NCBI GenBank assembly: GCA_964016885.1
Contig: CAXHJY010000842.1
Coordinates: 1 to 64,000 of the forward strand
DNA from: Eledone cirrhosa
Taxonomy: Eukaryota
DNA length: 64,000 bases
Direction: 5' to 3'
Shown here one piece after another: positions 41,573-55,200 of the stretch (position 1 is the stretch's first letter; every line of letters starts with the position of its first letter). The position numbers were made by a program, and so were the translations under genes. The notes under the pieces were generated by a model, which ran no database searches, was not told the origin of the DNA, and was given only the letters and a program-made list of their open reading frames with translations.

Positions 41573-42096
41573 GGATTTCTTTATTAACCACAAGGGTTTA
41601 CATAAAGTAGACATTAAGGACAGTGCAGGACAATACAGGACGGTATAAATGGGCATTTCTGCGTGTAAAAAACAAAAACAGAGGATGTAACAAAAAATAA
41701 CAATGAAAAATTCCCCAATAGGGGGGGGGGGGGACTTCGGAGGGACATTTGTGGAGAAAGCCCAGTAAAAGGCCACAGTGACCCTGACAACCAAGACAAG
41801 TGCCCTCTCCCAGTTTTCCACCATTAATTTACAGATACGTACTGAGAGTAGGCCCATTCATTCGGGCCATTCTTGCTTCTCTCACCCATCTTTCAACAAA
41901 ATGCTGGGAAGAGGACACTTCCCTCTCTACTCTGATTTTCCTTTTTTAAATGAAATTTGAAAAAGTCAATCAGGGCATCACCGAAGAGGTAAGTGCTCGT
42001 CTTCAGCCCTTTCAAACGTGTCCACCATACTATCTCTTTCGCCATGGCCACCAGACAGATAAAAACTGCCTGCCCTTCCCGGCTAAAGGAGGGGGC
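41573..42096 (-). mobile_element. Tx1 3' fragment, same family as 31627-37641
   Basis: Near-identical to 31627-32145. Confidence 0.9.
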
Positions 42097-42099
42097 CAA

Positions 42100-42382
42100 G
42101 CAGTGGCTGTAGGAATGATACCTAAGGGGTCTAATGATTACTTATCCCAAATCCCAGGAAACCCGAGTATAGAGGATATTCAAAGAATAATACTAATGGG
42201 AACTGCCCATATACTAAGGAAGATAATGTCAATATAAGTACATCACAAGTCTAAACACCTAAAGATGCATGTGTGTGTATGTATGTTCTTTCTTGAACAT
42301 GGCGGACCTTGTTATCTCTTGAGGTCACTGGTTGTGACTTGGTGATAACTCGCGTGAACATAAAGCAAGATAAATGCAACTG
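42100..42382 (+). mobile_element. R4/Dong-like family B 3' fragment with (TAA)n tail
   Basis: Near-identical to 38654-38942. Confidence 0.9.
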
Positions 42383-42419
42383 TAATAATAATAATAATAA
42401 TGATAATAATAATAATAAT

Positions 42420-45400
42420 TAGATTACACAAGCGCTGACATTAAGAAAAACACTACACACGACACAGGGCGGTACAGGACGGTACGGTGTGGGTTTTGTG
42501 AGTGTAAAGATTTTTATTATTTATATAAGGGCGGTGAATTGGCAGTATTGGGAGAGGGTCGGACGCCATGCTTTGACGTATAGAGTAACGGCCCTTGCCA
42601 TTCTGAGTTCAAATCCCGCCGAGGTTAACTTTGCCTTTCATCCTTACGGGGTCGATAAAATAACGTACCAGTAATGCACTGGGTATTTTGCTGGCCTTGT
42701 GCCTAACGTAGAAACAATTATTTATATAAGAAACGAAAAAGAAAAACAAAAGACAGAAACATATATATATATAAACAATAAAAATGAAAATTCAAACAAT
42801 GAAAAATTCCCCAATAGGGGGAAACCTCCGAGGGTTACTCGTGGCGAAAACCACACAAAATACCATGGCCACCCTGACCACCAAAGCAAGCGCCCTCTCT
42901 CAATTTTTCCATTCCTCAAACTACAAGCGTATATTCAGAACGGTCCCATTCACTCGGACCATTCTCGCTACATTCACCCACCTTTCAACAAACTTGCTAG
43001 AAAATAGCACTTGCCTCTCCACCCTGATTTTCCTCTTCAAGTGAAACTTGAAAAAGTTAATCAGGGATTCGCCGAAGAGGAAAGTGTCTGTCTTTAACCC
43101 TTTCAACCTTGTCCACCACACACTTTCTTTCGCCATGGCCACCAGCCAGATGAAAACTGCCTGCCCTTCCTCATCGAAGGAAGACAGCGAGACCATCTGC
43201 ATAATGGACTCAGTCGATAATCGGATCGGTCCTACACGCGACAGCAACTGTTCGACATAGCTCCACAAGTCAGCAATGCTCCGGCACTGAACGAGTACGT
43301 GTACGACGGTTTCGTCGCTCTGCACGCATCTCGGACAGGCTCGCTTACAGCACTTCCATGCCTGCAGAGCTTATCTCGAACCGACAACGCTCCCCGGTAG
43401 CACTGCCAGGCCAGGGATTTCTGGAAGTCATCGGTAGGTCCTGGGTTGAAAGTTCGCCGGAAGAAAGCAAACAGCTGGTCTTCTTCGACGCCCAGGATTT
43501 CTCCTAGAACGTCGTCGCCAGTCCTCTCCATTAGTCCTCTATAGAACTCCGAAGTGGATGTTCCACTGGTGCCCAGCTGGCAGAGGACGGTGAACGCCTG
43601 GAGACATTCCAGTTTCCAAGCGCTATCCCTCGGTCTTTTCCTGACCCAGGACTGCAGCTCCGTCAAGGAGACGCGCTGTGGGAAAACGTGCCTGGCGAAC
43701 GGCGACCACACCTGTTCACTGTCAAGGAAGCAGCAGAGATGTCGCAGCCCCAGCGCATGTTTGCGCATCATCAGCCATGGCATGTCCAAACCTCCACGCG
43801 ACGGGTATTGACAGCAGATGGATCGTCTGAACATGGGAGCGCGTCCTTTCCACAAAAAGCGGAAGAAGAGGCGCTCCATTTTGGTGAGAGTTGAGCCGGG
43901 GAAAGGGACGACGGTGAGGCGGTAGCAGATGACGGATACGATGTACGCATTCGCCACCTCCGCCCGGCCTTTCAGGGACAGCTTCCTTTCGGCCCATTTC
44001 TGGGTGAGGGAGGCCACCCTGCTCGTCCCCTCGCTCCAGTTTTTCTCCATCTGGAGGTCCGGTCCGAACCAGACCCCGAGCAATTTAATCGGTCCGTCCG
44101 TCAAACGCCCCACGACGCTGTCGGGCGGCATGGACTTGCCTCTCCAGGTGCTGAGCTGTAATCCCACCGACTTTTCCTGGTTTATCTTTGCTCCTGTCAT
44201 CGCTTCGTATTCCTTGAGAGCGGTGCCGATCATTTTGACGTGTCTGATGCTCGACACCACCACGGTGACGTCGTCGACGTAAGCCGACTCTGATTTCCCG
44301 CATCATAGTTCGCGTGGGACGCCCCTCATCACCCCCAGTATGTGCAGTAACGGCTCGAGAGCCAATACGTACAAGAGGGACGAGAGGGGACAACCCTGAC
44401 AGGCCGAGCGCATGATTCTGAATGGCTGCGACAGGTGACCGTTCACCCTCACAACCGAGCAGATGTCGCTGTACATCGCAATGAAAACGGACCCGAAACC
44501 GGCCGCCTTGAGGACCACCGTCAGGTACCGATGGTCGACCCCATCGAATGCTTTGGATTGAACCAATTTGATCAGGGCCCCACTCGTCCCAGGTTCCTTA
44601 ACCACCCTCTCTACGTTGTATCGCATGAGGTGGAGGTTGTCGTGTATGGATCTGTCCGGAGTGGCGCATGTCTGCGCCTCTCCCACCAGATCCTCGACGA
44701 CAAGCGCCAACCTCTTTGCTAATACCTTGGCCAAAATGTTGAACTCTGCGTTTAGCAGAGTTATGGGCCTGAAGTTATCGATAACATCCCTCTTGTTCGG
44801 GTCTTTTCTCAGCAGCGCCACCGCTCCCCGGCTTACAACTGGGAATACTCCCGTTCTGCTGCCAGTTGCAGTAGACGTCTTCCAAGAGGTCACCGAACAA
44901 GTCTGGCACGAATGGATAAAGCTCGTAGGGCAGACCATCCAGACCTGGCGATTTACCCCTAGTGCAGTTTGCCATCGCTTCCCGTATTTCACCAGCTGTT
45001 ATTGGCTTTTCGCAACACAGTGCTGCGGTCGTCGAGAGCCGAGGTAGTCCGTCGAGTTATGCACTGAAATCCATACCCGATCCGGTCCGCCGCTGCTCCC
45101 GAACAGTTCAGCAAAGTGCTGCTGAAAAGCCTCACACATCTGCTCGGGTTCGAGCAACACACGCTCGTTTTGGTCAGACAAAGACTGAATTGTGGCTTTG
45201 TTGCCACGTCGCCCCTCTGCCACCCGCACCCATTGGACGGCTTTCGTCCCCTCGTGTTTCAGAGCACGCGTTCTAGCTCTGACAACGCAGACTTCGTGTT
45301 TTGCATTGAAGAATTGGTCGTGTGCCAATCTCCCCGCGAGCACGTCGGTTGCGATGCCTGTCCCAAACGCCTCTTCTAGCTTTCTGACTAGCTCTCCATC

Positions 45401-45572
45401 TACTCTATTTTCCTCTATCACTAGTCCTTTGCTAAACCTTATCGACTCTACTTTAATTGCCCTTTTCAGGGCAAACCACCACCTGTTGTTGACGACCGCT
45501 CCAGTCAACGCCCGCTTACCTAATACGCTAATCCGGTCGCTGTAGGCTTTGCGCGCCGAGAAAGACGCGTTC
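42420..45572 (-). pseudogene. Second Tx1 subfamily, 5'-truncated, frameshifted ORF2, SINE inserted in its 3'UTR
   Basis: ORF fragments 42921-45628 align colinearly to the 1139-aa ORF2. Confidence 0.9.
42530..42716 (+). mobile_element. SINE family A, full copy with 14-bp target-site duplication
   Basis: A-box-like TGGCAGTATTGG, B-box GAGTTCAAATCC; ATTATTTATATAAG at 42516-42529 and 42717-42730. Confidence 0.9.
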
Positions 45573-45988
45573 ATGGTTTCTTTATTGGCCACAGGGCCTA
45601 ACGTGAAGAAAAACATTAGAGACAGCATAGAACAGTACAGGACGATACAAAGTGGGTTTTGGTCATGTAAACAGGTTATAACAAAATTGGGCTAGAAATA
45701 AAAATAAAAGCAAACAAAAAAATTCCCCAAAAAGGGGGAAACCTCTGAGGGTCACTCGTGGCGAAAACCACACAAAAAGGCCACGGCCACCCTGACCACC
45801 AGGGCGAGCACCCTCTCTCAGTTTTCCCACTCCTCAGTCTATAGGCGCATAGTCAGAGCGGGCCCGTTCACTCGGATCAGACTCGCCACTTTCACCCACC
45901 TTTTAACAAACTTACTAGAAGACAGCACTTGCCTCTCCACTCTGATTTTCCTCTTCAAGTGAAACTTGAAAAAGTTAATCAGGGATTT
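45573..45988 (-). mobile_element. Third Tx1 3'-end fragment
   Basis: Homologous to 42800-43068 and to the Tx1 terminus TTTCTTTATT..CCACA. Confidence 0.8.
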
Positions 45989-46167
45989 TGGTGGAGTGGA
46001 AAGTCGATTATATCAACCCCAGTGCGTTACTGATACTTAATTCTATCGACCCCGTAAGGATGAAGGCAAAGCTTCCCCAGTGAGATTAGAACTCAGAACG
46101 TAAATGACCATAACTCTATGCCGCTAAACATGTTGTCCGACACTCTACAGATTCTGCCAATCCACCA
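45989..46167 (-). mobile_element. SINE related to family A
   Basis: GGTGGATTGGCAGAATC head, B-box-like, central domain on -. Confidence 0.75.
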
Positions 46168-46285
46168 TAATTTCTTTTATTAGCCACAAGGGCCCAAGGC
46201 ATTGGGGAGAATATATCGGAGTAAAGGAATGGGACATCAAAAGAAATACAGTAAATACAAAAATAATAATAATTGTAATATATAA

Positions 46286-46461
46286 TTATTGTTTCTACTT
46301 TTGGCACAAAGCCAGCAATTTACCAGTGTATTACTGGTACTTTATTTTATCGACCCCGTAAGGATGAAAGGCAAAGTTAATCTCAGCGGGATTCGAACTC
46401 AGAATGGCAAGGGCCGTAACTCTATGCGTCAAAGCATGTCGTCCGACCCTCTACCAATACT
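46286..46461 (-). mobile_element. SINE family A
   Basis: Reverse complement closely matches 42543-42716. Confidence 0.85.
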
Positions 46462-47008
46462 GAATATAAAACAATAACAAAGGCCACGTAGGAAGAGTTC
46501 CTTAGTGGTGAGGTAGGGGTGACTTTAGGGTATTTCCAGGGAAAATCCCCTCGCAAAACCTTGAATACTCTGTTGTCCCTTCATGGCCATTGAAAACTTT
46601 CTTTCTCAGTTTCTTTTCTCTTTGCTCAGAGAAGACCCATTCATCCTCCTCATAATCATAATAATAATAATAATCCTTTAGAAAATTTTTCTCAAGGATT
46701 TTTCTTCGATTCATTGGTAGTAGAGAGATGCAAAGAAACCGTATTGATCTGTAAATTTTGTCAATTCGACTATATTTGAGACGTGTTATCTCTGTGTTTT
46801 TAGGAAGAAGACTCTTTGAAGACAATCTCCCCACGCCTACCACCACCTACAAAGCTATAATTTTGTTTCTTGAAGTTTATTTCATTATTGATTTCACAAC
46901 GAGAGCATTTTATTTTGCTTTCATGACGACCACGCCATCTTTTCTATTGATATATCGATTTTGTTGTTGATGTTATTGTTGTTGGTGGTGACGGTATTAC
47001 TGTGGTTT

Positions 47009-47079
<71 letters not shown>

Positions 47080-47227
47080 GCTCATTTCATTTTTATTTTA
47101 TTTTGTTACTGCTGTTGCTGTTCCGAATTTAAGAAATCTTCAAATCGTTTCTTCAAAGACTGAGATTGACATAGGTGATAGAGATACATATACAGCGGAA
47201 TGTAGAGAGAGAGGGGGGGGGAGATCG

Positions 47228-47281
<54 letters not shown>

Positions 47282-47414
47282 CGGAAGAGAGATGGTTGAG
47301 ATAGAGAAAGATGGAGCTAGAAAATCTAAGGAAGAGAGACAGAGATGAGGAAAGAAAGGGTAAGATAGAGTAAAATAGTGAGACAGAGAAAAAGATAGAG
47401 AGTGAGAGTGAGAT

Positions 47415-47481
<67 letters not shown>

Positions 47482-47591
47482 TTTAGAAAGGAATACAGGG
47501 AGAGATAGTGAGATAAAAGAGCGTGGAAGACATAAACATGCATTGAGAGATACAGAGAGATACAGAGAGAGAAAGAGAGAGAGAGAGATTC

Positions 47592-47645
<54 letters not shown>

Positions 47646-47745
47646 TGTGTGTGTGTGAGAGAGAGAGATCAATGGGTGGGTATGCTGTTGGATATGAACA
47701 AAAGGAAGCGTGGGCATTTGATTTTCATGAATATTTTAAAACAGT

Positions 47746-48790
47746 TTACAAAGTAGATTGGTGTCTGGTGTGTGACAGAGATGGTTGGTGTGTTACAAAG
47801 TAGATTGGTGTCTGGTGTGTGACAGAGATGGTTGGTGTGTTACAAAGTAGGTTGGTGTCTGGTGTGTGACAGAGAAGGTTGGTGTGTTACAAAGTAGATT
47901 GGTGTCTGGTGTGTGACAGAGAAGGTTGGTGTGTTACAAAGTAGATGGGTGTCTGGTGTGTGACAGAGAATGTTGGTGTGTTACAGAGTAGATTGGTGTC
48001 TGGTGTGTGACAGAGAAGGTTGGTGTGTTACAAAGTAGATTGGTGTCTGGTGTGTGACAGAGAATGTTGGTGTGTTACAAAGTAGATTGTGTCTGGTGTG
48101 TGACAGAGAAGGTTGGTGTGTTACAAAGTAGATTGGTGTCTGGTGTGTGACAGAGAAGGTTGGTGTGTTACAAAGTAGGTTGGTGCCTGTTGTGTGACAG
48201 AGAGGCTGATGTGTTACAAAGTAGGTTGGTGCCTGGTGTGTGACAGAGAAGGTTGGTGTGTTACAAAGTATGTTGGTGTCTGGTGTGTGACAGAAAAGGA
48301 TGGTGTGTTGTGTGTTACAAAGTAGGTTGGTGTCTGGTGTGTGACAGAGAAGGTTGGTGTGTTACACAGTAGATTGGTGTCTGGTGTGTGACAGAGAACG
48401 TTGGTGTGTTACAAAGTAGGTTGATGTCTGGTGTGTGACATAGAAGGTTGGTGTGTTACAAAGTATATTGGTGTCTGGTGTGTGACAGAGAAAGTTGGTT
48501 TGTTACAAAGTAGGTTGATGTCTGGTGTGTGATAGAGAAGGTTGGTGTGTTACAAAGTAGGTTGGTGTCTGGTGTGCGACAGAGAAGGTTGTGTGTTACA
48601 AAGTAGATTGGTGTCTGGTGTGTGACAGAGAAGGTTGGTGTGTTACAAAGTAGATGGGTGTCTGGTGTGTGACAGAGAATGTTGGTGTGTTACAAAGTAG
48701 ATTGGTGTCTGGTGTGCGACAGAGAAGGTTGGTGTGTTACAAAGTAGTTTGGTATCTGGTGTGTGACAGAGTAGTTTGGTGTCTTGTGTG
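47746..48790. repeat. 47-bp minisatellite (TTACAAAGTAGATTGGTGTCTGGTGTGTGACAGAGAAGGTTGGTGTG)n
   Basis: Direct periodicity. Confidence 0.95.
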
Positions 48791-48964
48791 TCACAAAGAC
48801 TGTTAATGTCTTGTGTGTGTGACACAGGTTAGGGTGGTATCGTGTATGTGTTTGAGATGGCTGATGTTTTGTGTGTGTGAGAGTGAAGATTGGTGTCTTT
48901 TGCGACACACACAAGGTTGGTATCTTGTGTGTGTATGTGGGTGTTTGTGTGTGAATGTGTCACA

Positions 48965-49535
48965 GGGTAGGCTTCGCCACGATAAACATGAGTACCTCTT
49001 GAGATGTAAGCAGCCCCTGTAACCCAGTACAGCCTGTGCATGGTCGGGTCATCGGCGATTAAACCGGCAACCCCACCAAGCTTACTTGGTAAGGAGGGTG
49101 ATTTGGGACACCCTGCTGGATGAAAAACAAGACCCGACAAAGGGCAGAGGAACTCAGAAGCGTCAACGGCCATCCAATAAAAATTTTTTTTTTTATTTTG
49201 TGGCGCGAGAGACTCCTAGTCTTCATTAAGACATCTCTCTAGGAGAAGATCACTCTGATATAACACCTGCGACTTCATTTGAATCCAATGATGTAGATCA
49301 GTTCTATTTTTTTAGTAAATACATTCAATGTTCAAACAGTGGGATTGATCCCTGCAAAGCCTTTCCTCACTTAAAAACACTTCAAGCCCAGACGCCGCTT
49401 GATATGTGAGATTTTTTGCGATGCATAGCATGGCTGGCCATAGGCACGTCCCTCACAGGACTAAAACGCCACGGCTGTGATGCTCATGCTTAAGTATCAA
49501 GAGATGGCATTACTCGAAATAGAGTTGCAGCCGGA
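48965..49535 (+). mobile_element. Diverged non-autonomous RTE-derived element with (TATG)n tail
   Basis: Colinear homology with 49741-50350. Confidence 0.6.
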
Positions 49536-49740
49536 ATGTAAGTATGTATGTACGTATGTACGTGTGTATGTATGTATGTATGTATGTATGTATGTATGTA
49601 TGTATGTATGTATGTATGTATGTATGTATGTATGTATGTATGTATGGACGTACGTACGCGTGTATATGTATGTATGATATATACGCAAGTGTATATGGAT
49701 GTATGTGTATGTATGTAAGGATGTATATATGTATGTTTAT

Positions 49741-50350
49741 GTCAGGTCACCAGTTGGTGCTACTGGTAACATGTATTCCAGTACAATCTGTCTCATGGTC
49801 GGGTCGTTGGCGACTAAACTGGCAACCCCACCAAGGTTTCTTGGTGAGGAGGGTGACTTTGGACATCCTGCAGGACTAAAAACAAAGCCTGTCAAAGGGC
49901 AAAGGAGCTCTTAAGAGTCAATGGCCATCCAAAATCACCGGGAGAGATGACCCCTTAGCCTTTGTCAAGGCAGAATTCTAGGAGAAGGAAAACTCTGATA
50001 TAACACCTGCAGCCCTGATGGTATCCAATGATGTTGACTTGTTCTTCTTTTTTGGTAAATATCATCTTGGTTAAGAGAGTGGGACTGGCTTTGTGCAGTG
50101 CCTTTTCTCACTATAAAAGCTTCACGACACAGGCATTGCTTTATATCTGAAGATCTCTCTGCACTTGTCGTTACATGGTACCATGGGCCCAGCACTATGT
50201 GTCAACAATTTTCACAAGTGTAGTGTTTGTACCAGAGTTTTCAAGTCGCTGGCTGGACTAAAAAGTCACACTCGTTCAGCGCGTCGGTAGGGATTCTCCT
50301 ACATGGATATAAAGTAGTGACCGTACTCGAAAACGAGTTGGCAGCCACCA
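49741..50350 (+). mobile_element. Non-autonomous bipartite RTE-derived element (~610 bp) with (TATG)n tail
   Basis: 3' part encodes HKCSVCTRVFKSLAGLKSHTRSARR*, like the RTE ORF C-terminal zinc finger; no RT. Confidence 0.7.
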
Positions 50351-50396
50351 TATATGTATGTATGCATGTATGCATGTATGTATGTATATATGTATG

Positions 50397-50429
<33 letters not shown>

Positions 50430-50837
50430 GTATGTATGTATGGACGTGTATGTATACATGTGTATGTATGGACGTGTATGTATGTATGTATGTATGTATG
50501 TATGTATGTATGTATGTATGTATGTATGTATGTATGTATGTATGTATGTATGTATGGACGTACGTACGTGTGTATATGTCTGTATATACGCATGTATGTA
50601 TGGATGTATGCGTATGTATGTAAGGATGTATATATGTATGCATGTATGTATATATGTATGTATATATGTATGCATGTTGTATGTGTATGTATGTATATAT
50701 GTATATATGTATATATGTATATATGTATGTATGTATATATGTATGCATGCATATATGTATGTATATATGTATGTATGTATGTGTATGCATGTATGTATAT
50801 ATATATGTTTGCATGCTGTATGTATGTATATATGTAT

Positions 50838-51447
50838 GCCAGGTCACCAGTTGGTGCTACTGGTAACATGTATCCCAGTACAATCTGTCCCATGGTCGGG
50901 TCGTTGGCGACTAAACTGGCAACCCCACCAAAGTTTCTTGGTGAGGAGGGTGACTTTGGACATCCTTCAGGACTAAAAACAAAACCTGTCAAAGGGCAAA
51001 GGAGCTCTTAAGAGTCAATGGCCATCCAAAATCACCGGGAGAGATGACCCCTTAGCCTTTGTCAAGGCAGAATTCTAGGAGAAGGAAAACTCTGATATAA
51101 CACCTGCAACCCTGATGGTATCCAATGATGTTGACTTGCTCTTCTTTTTGGTAAATATCATCTTGGTTAAGAGAGTGGGACTGGCTTTGTGCAGTGCCTT
51201 TGCTCACTATAAAAGCTTCACGGCACAGGCATTGCTTTATATCTGGAGATCTCTCTGCACTTGTCCTTACATGGTACCATGGGCCCAACACTATGTGTCA
51301 ATAATTGTCACAAGTGTAGTGTTTGTACCAGAGTTTTCAGGTCGCTGGCAGGACTAAAAAGTCACACTCGTTCAGCGCATCGGTGGGGGTTCTCCTAGAT
51401 GGATATAAAGTAGTGGCCGTACTCGAAGACGAGTTGGCAGCCACCAT
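50838..51447 (+). mobile_element. Second close copy of the RTE-derived element
   Basis: Highly similar to 49741-50350. Confidence 0.7.
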
Positions 51448-51649
51448 ATATGTATGTATGCATGTATATATATATGTATATATGTATGTACAAGTATATA
51501 TATATATACATTGTTTTTTCATAGTAAATGTCATTGCTATTCGTATTACCATCTTAAACAATTAACCTAGTTTTAGGTCAGCCGCCATAGAGACTAATGA
51601 CGTCCGTAAGATCCCGAAATATTGTCTTGTTTAATACCTCTCACAACGG

Positions 51650-51691
51650 CAACTGTTGTTGCTGCTGTTGCTGCTGCCACTGCTGCTACTG

Positions 51692-51741
<50 letters not shown>

Positions 51742-51957
51742 GATGCCTGCTGCTACTGCTACTACTACTACAACTGCTACTACTACTACTACTACTGATG
51801 CTGATGCCGATGCTACTACTACTACAACTGCTGCTACTACCACTACTACCACTTATACTACTACTACTACTATTATTACTACTACTACTACAACTACTAC
51901 TACTACTACAACTGCTACTACTACCACTACTACCACTGCTACTAGTACTACTACTAT

Positions 51958-51995
<38 letters not shown>

Positions 51996-52123
51996 TTATT
52001 ATTATTACTACTACTACTACAACTACTACTACTGCAACCTATAACTGCTACTACTACTACCATTGCTACTACAACAACTACTACTACTACAACAACTACT
52101 ACTACTATTACTACTACAACTAC
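51650..52123. repeat. (CTA)n-type compound trinucleotide repeat
   Basis: Seen directly. Confidence 0.95.
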
Positions 52124-52290
52124 AAAAAGGACTTAGTTGACTACAAGGGAAGTATTGGAAGACAGTTTATGAACCGGAAAGAAATACAGAAAAGAACGTT
52201 GTGGGATTTACGTGGACTAATTAATAATCCTTTCAAAATGAAAGGCTACAAAACTGTGGGAGATGCCCGACACAGAACCTTCTCACGGTG

Positions 52291-55200
52291 GTCAGGTGTG
52301 ATGTAGGCAGCTATGAAGACCTGTTATCAACTGTATAGGACAATCAGGCGGCATGTGGGCAGCTATGAGGAGCAACTATGAAGACATGTTAACCACTGTA
52401 CAAGACAATCAGGTGACATGTGGGCAACGATGAAGAGCTGTCACTATCAGTACAGGACAATCAGGTGACATGTGGGCAACTAAGAAACCTGTCACTAACT
52501 GTTAAGGACAATCAGGTGACATGTGGGCAACTATGAAACCTGTCACTAACTGTACAGGACAATCAGATGACATGTGGGCAACTATGAAACCTGTCGCTAA
52601 CTGTACAGGACAATCAGGTGACATGTGGGCAACGATGAAGAGCTGTCACTAACTGTACAGGACAATCAGGTGACATGTGGGCAACGATGAAGAGCTGTCA
52701 CTAACTGTTAAGGACAATCAGGTGACATGTGGGAAACGATGAAGAGCTGTCACTAACTGTACAGGACAATCAGGTGACATGTGGGCAACGATGAAGAGCT
52801 GTCACTAACTGTACAGGACAATCAGGTGACATGTGGGCCACTATGAAGAGCTGTCACTAACTGTTAAGGACAATCAGGTGACATGTGGGAAACGATGAAG
52901 AGCTGTCACTAACTGTACAGGACAATCAGGTGACATGTGGGCAACGATGAAGAGCTGTCACTAACTGTACAGGACAATCAGGTGACATGTGGGCCACTAT
53001 GAAGAGCTGTCACTAACTGTTAAGGACAATCAGGTGACATGTGGGAAACGATGAGGAGCTGTCACTAACTGTACAGAACAATCAGGTGACATGTGGGCAA
53101 CGATGAAGAGCTGTCACTAACTGTACAGGACAATCAGGTGACATGTGGGCAACGATGAAGAGCTGTCACTAACTGTACAGGACAATCAGGTGACATGTGG
53201 GCCACTATGAAACCTGTCACTAACTGTACAGGACAATCAGGTGACATGTGGGCAACGATGAAGAGCTGTCACTGACTGTACAGGACATAAGGTGACATGT
53301 GGGCTACTATGAAACCTGTCACTAACTGTACAGGAGAATCAGGTGACATGTGGGCAACTATGAAACCTGTCACTAACTGTACAGGACAATCAGGTGACAT
53401 GTGGGCAACGATGAAGAGCTGTCACTAACTGTACAGGACAATCAGGTGACATGTGGGCCACTATGAAACCTGTCACTAACTCTACAGGACATAAGGTGAC
53501 ATGTGGGCAACTATGAAACCTTTCACTAACTGTACAGGAGAATCACGTGACATGTGGGCAACTATGAAACCTGTCACTAACTGTACAGGACAATCAGGTG
53601 ACATGTGGGCAACGATGAAGAGCTGTCACTAACTGTACAGGACAATCAGGTGACATGTGGGCCACTATGAAACCTGTCACTAACTCTACAGGACATAAGG
53701 TGACATGTGGGCAACTATGAAACCTGTCACTAACTGTACAGGAGAATCAGGTGATATGTGGGCAACTATGAAACCTGTCACTAACTGTACAGGACAATCA
53801 GGTGACATGTGGGCAACGATGAAGAGCTGTCACTAACTGTACAGGACATAAGGTGACATGTGGGCTACTATGAAACCTGTCACTAACTGTACAGGAGAAT
53901 CAGGTGACATGTGGGCAACTATGAAACCTGTCACTAACTGTACAGGACAATCAGGTGACATGTGGGCAACGATGAAGAGCTGTCACTAACTGTACAGGAC
54001 AATCAGGTGACATGTGGGCAACGATGAAGAGCTGTCACTAACTGTACAGGACAATCAGGTGACATGTGGGCAACGATGAAGAGCTGTCACTATCAGTACA
54101 GGACAATCAGGTTACATGTGGGCAACTATGAAACCTGTCACTAACTGTACAGGACAATCAGGTGACATGTGGGCAACTATGAAACCTGTCACTAACTGCA
54201 CAGGACAATCAGGTGACATGTGGGCAACTATGAAACCTGTCACTAACTGTACAGGACAATCAGGTGACATGTGGGCCACTATGAAACCTGTCAATAACTG
54301 TACAGGACAATCAGGTGACATGTGGGCAACTATGAAACCTGTCACTAACTGTACAGGACAATCAGGTGACATGTGGGCCACTATGAAACCTGTCAATAAC
54401 TGTACAGGACAATCAGGTGACATGTGGGCAACTATGAAACCTGTCACTAACTGTACAGGACAATCAGGTGACATGTGGGCAACGATGAAGAGCTGTCACT
54501 AACTGTACAGGACAATCAGGTGACATGTGGGCAACTATGAAACCTGTCACTAACTGTACAGGACAATCAGGTGACATGTGGGCAACGATGAAGAGCTGTC
54601 ACTAACTGTACAGGACAATCAGGTGACATGTGGGCAACGAGGAAGAACTGTCACTAACTGTACAGGACAATCAGGTGACATGTGAGCAACGATGAAGAGC
54701 TGTCACTAACTGCATAGGGCAATCAGGGTACATGTGGACAACGATGAAGAGTTGTCACTAACTGTACAGGACAATCAGTTGACATGTGGGCAACTATGAA
54801 ACCTGTCAGTAACTGTACAGGACAATCAGGTGACATGTGGGCAACGACGAAGAGCTGTCACTAACTGTACAGGACAATCAGGTGACATATGGGCAACTAT
54901 GAAACCTGTCACTAACTCTACAGGACATAAGGTGACATGTGGGTCATTATGAAACCTGTCACTAACTGTACAGGACAATCAGGTGACATTTTGGCCACTA
55001 TGAAACCTGTCACTAACTGTACAGGACCATCAGGTGACATGTGGGCAACTATGAAACCTGTCACTAACTGTACAGGACAATCAGGTGACATGTGGGCAAC
55101 GATGAAGAGCTGTCACTAACTGTACAGGACAATCAGGTGACATGTGGGCAACTATGAAACCTGTCACTAACTGTACAGGACAATCAGGTGACATGTGGGC

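Noticed and set aside
42530-42620. tRNA genes at A/B-box sites
   Set aside because: No cloverleaf; these are SINE heads with a shared body and a TSD
49741-49915. HDV-like or twister ribozyme in the RTE-derived 5' region (GGTCACC/GGTGACT pairing, CAAG...AAAGGGC)
   Set aside because: Could not build P1.1/P3 or the twister pseudoknots by eye; left for a covariance search
52124-52290. Unique island (DLVDYKGSIGRQF...) as an exon
   Set aside because: No polypyrimidine acceptor and no recognisable homology
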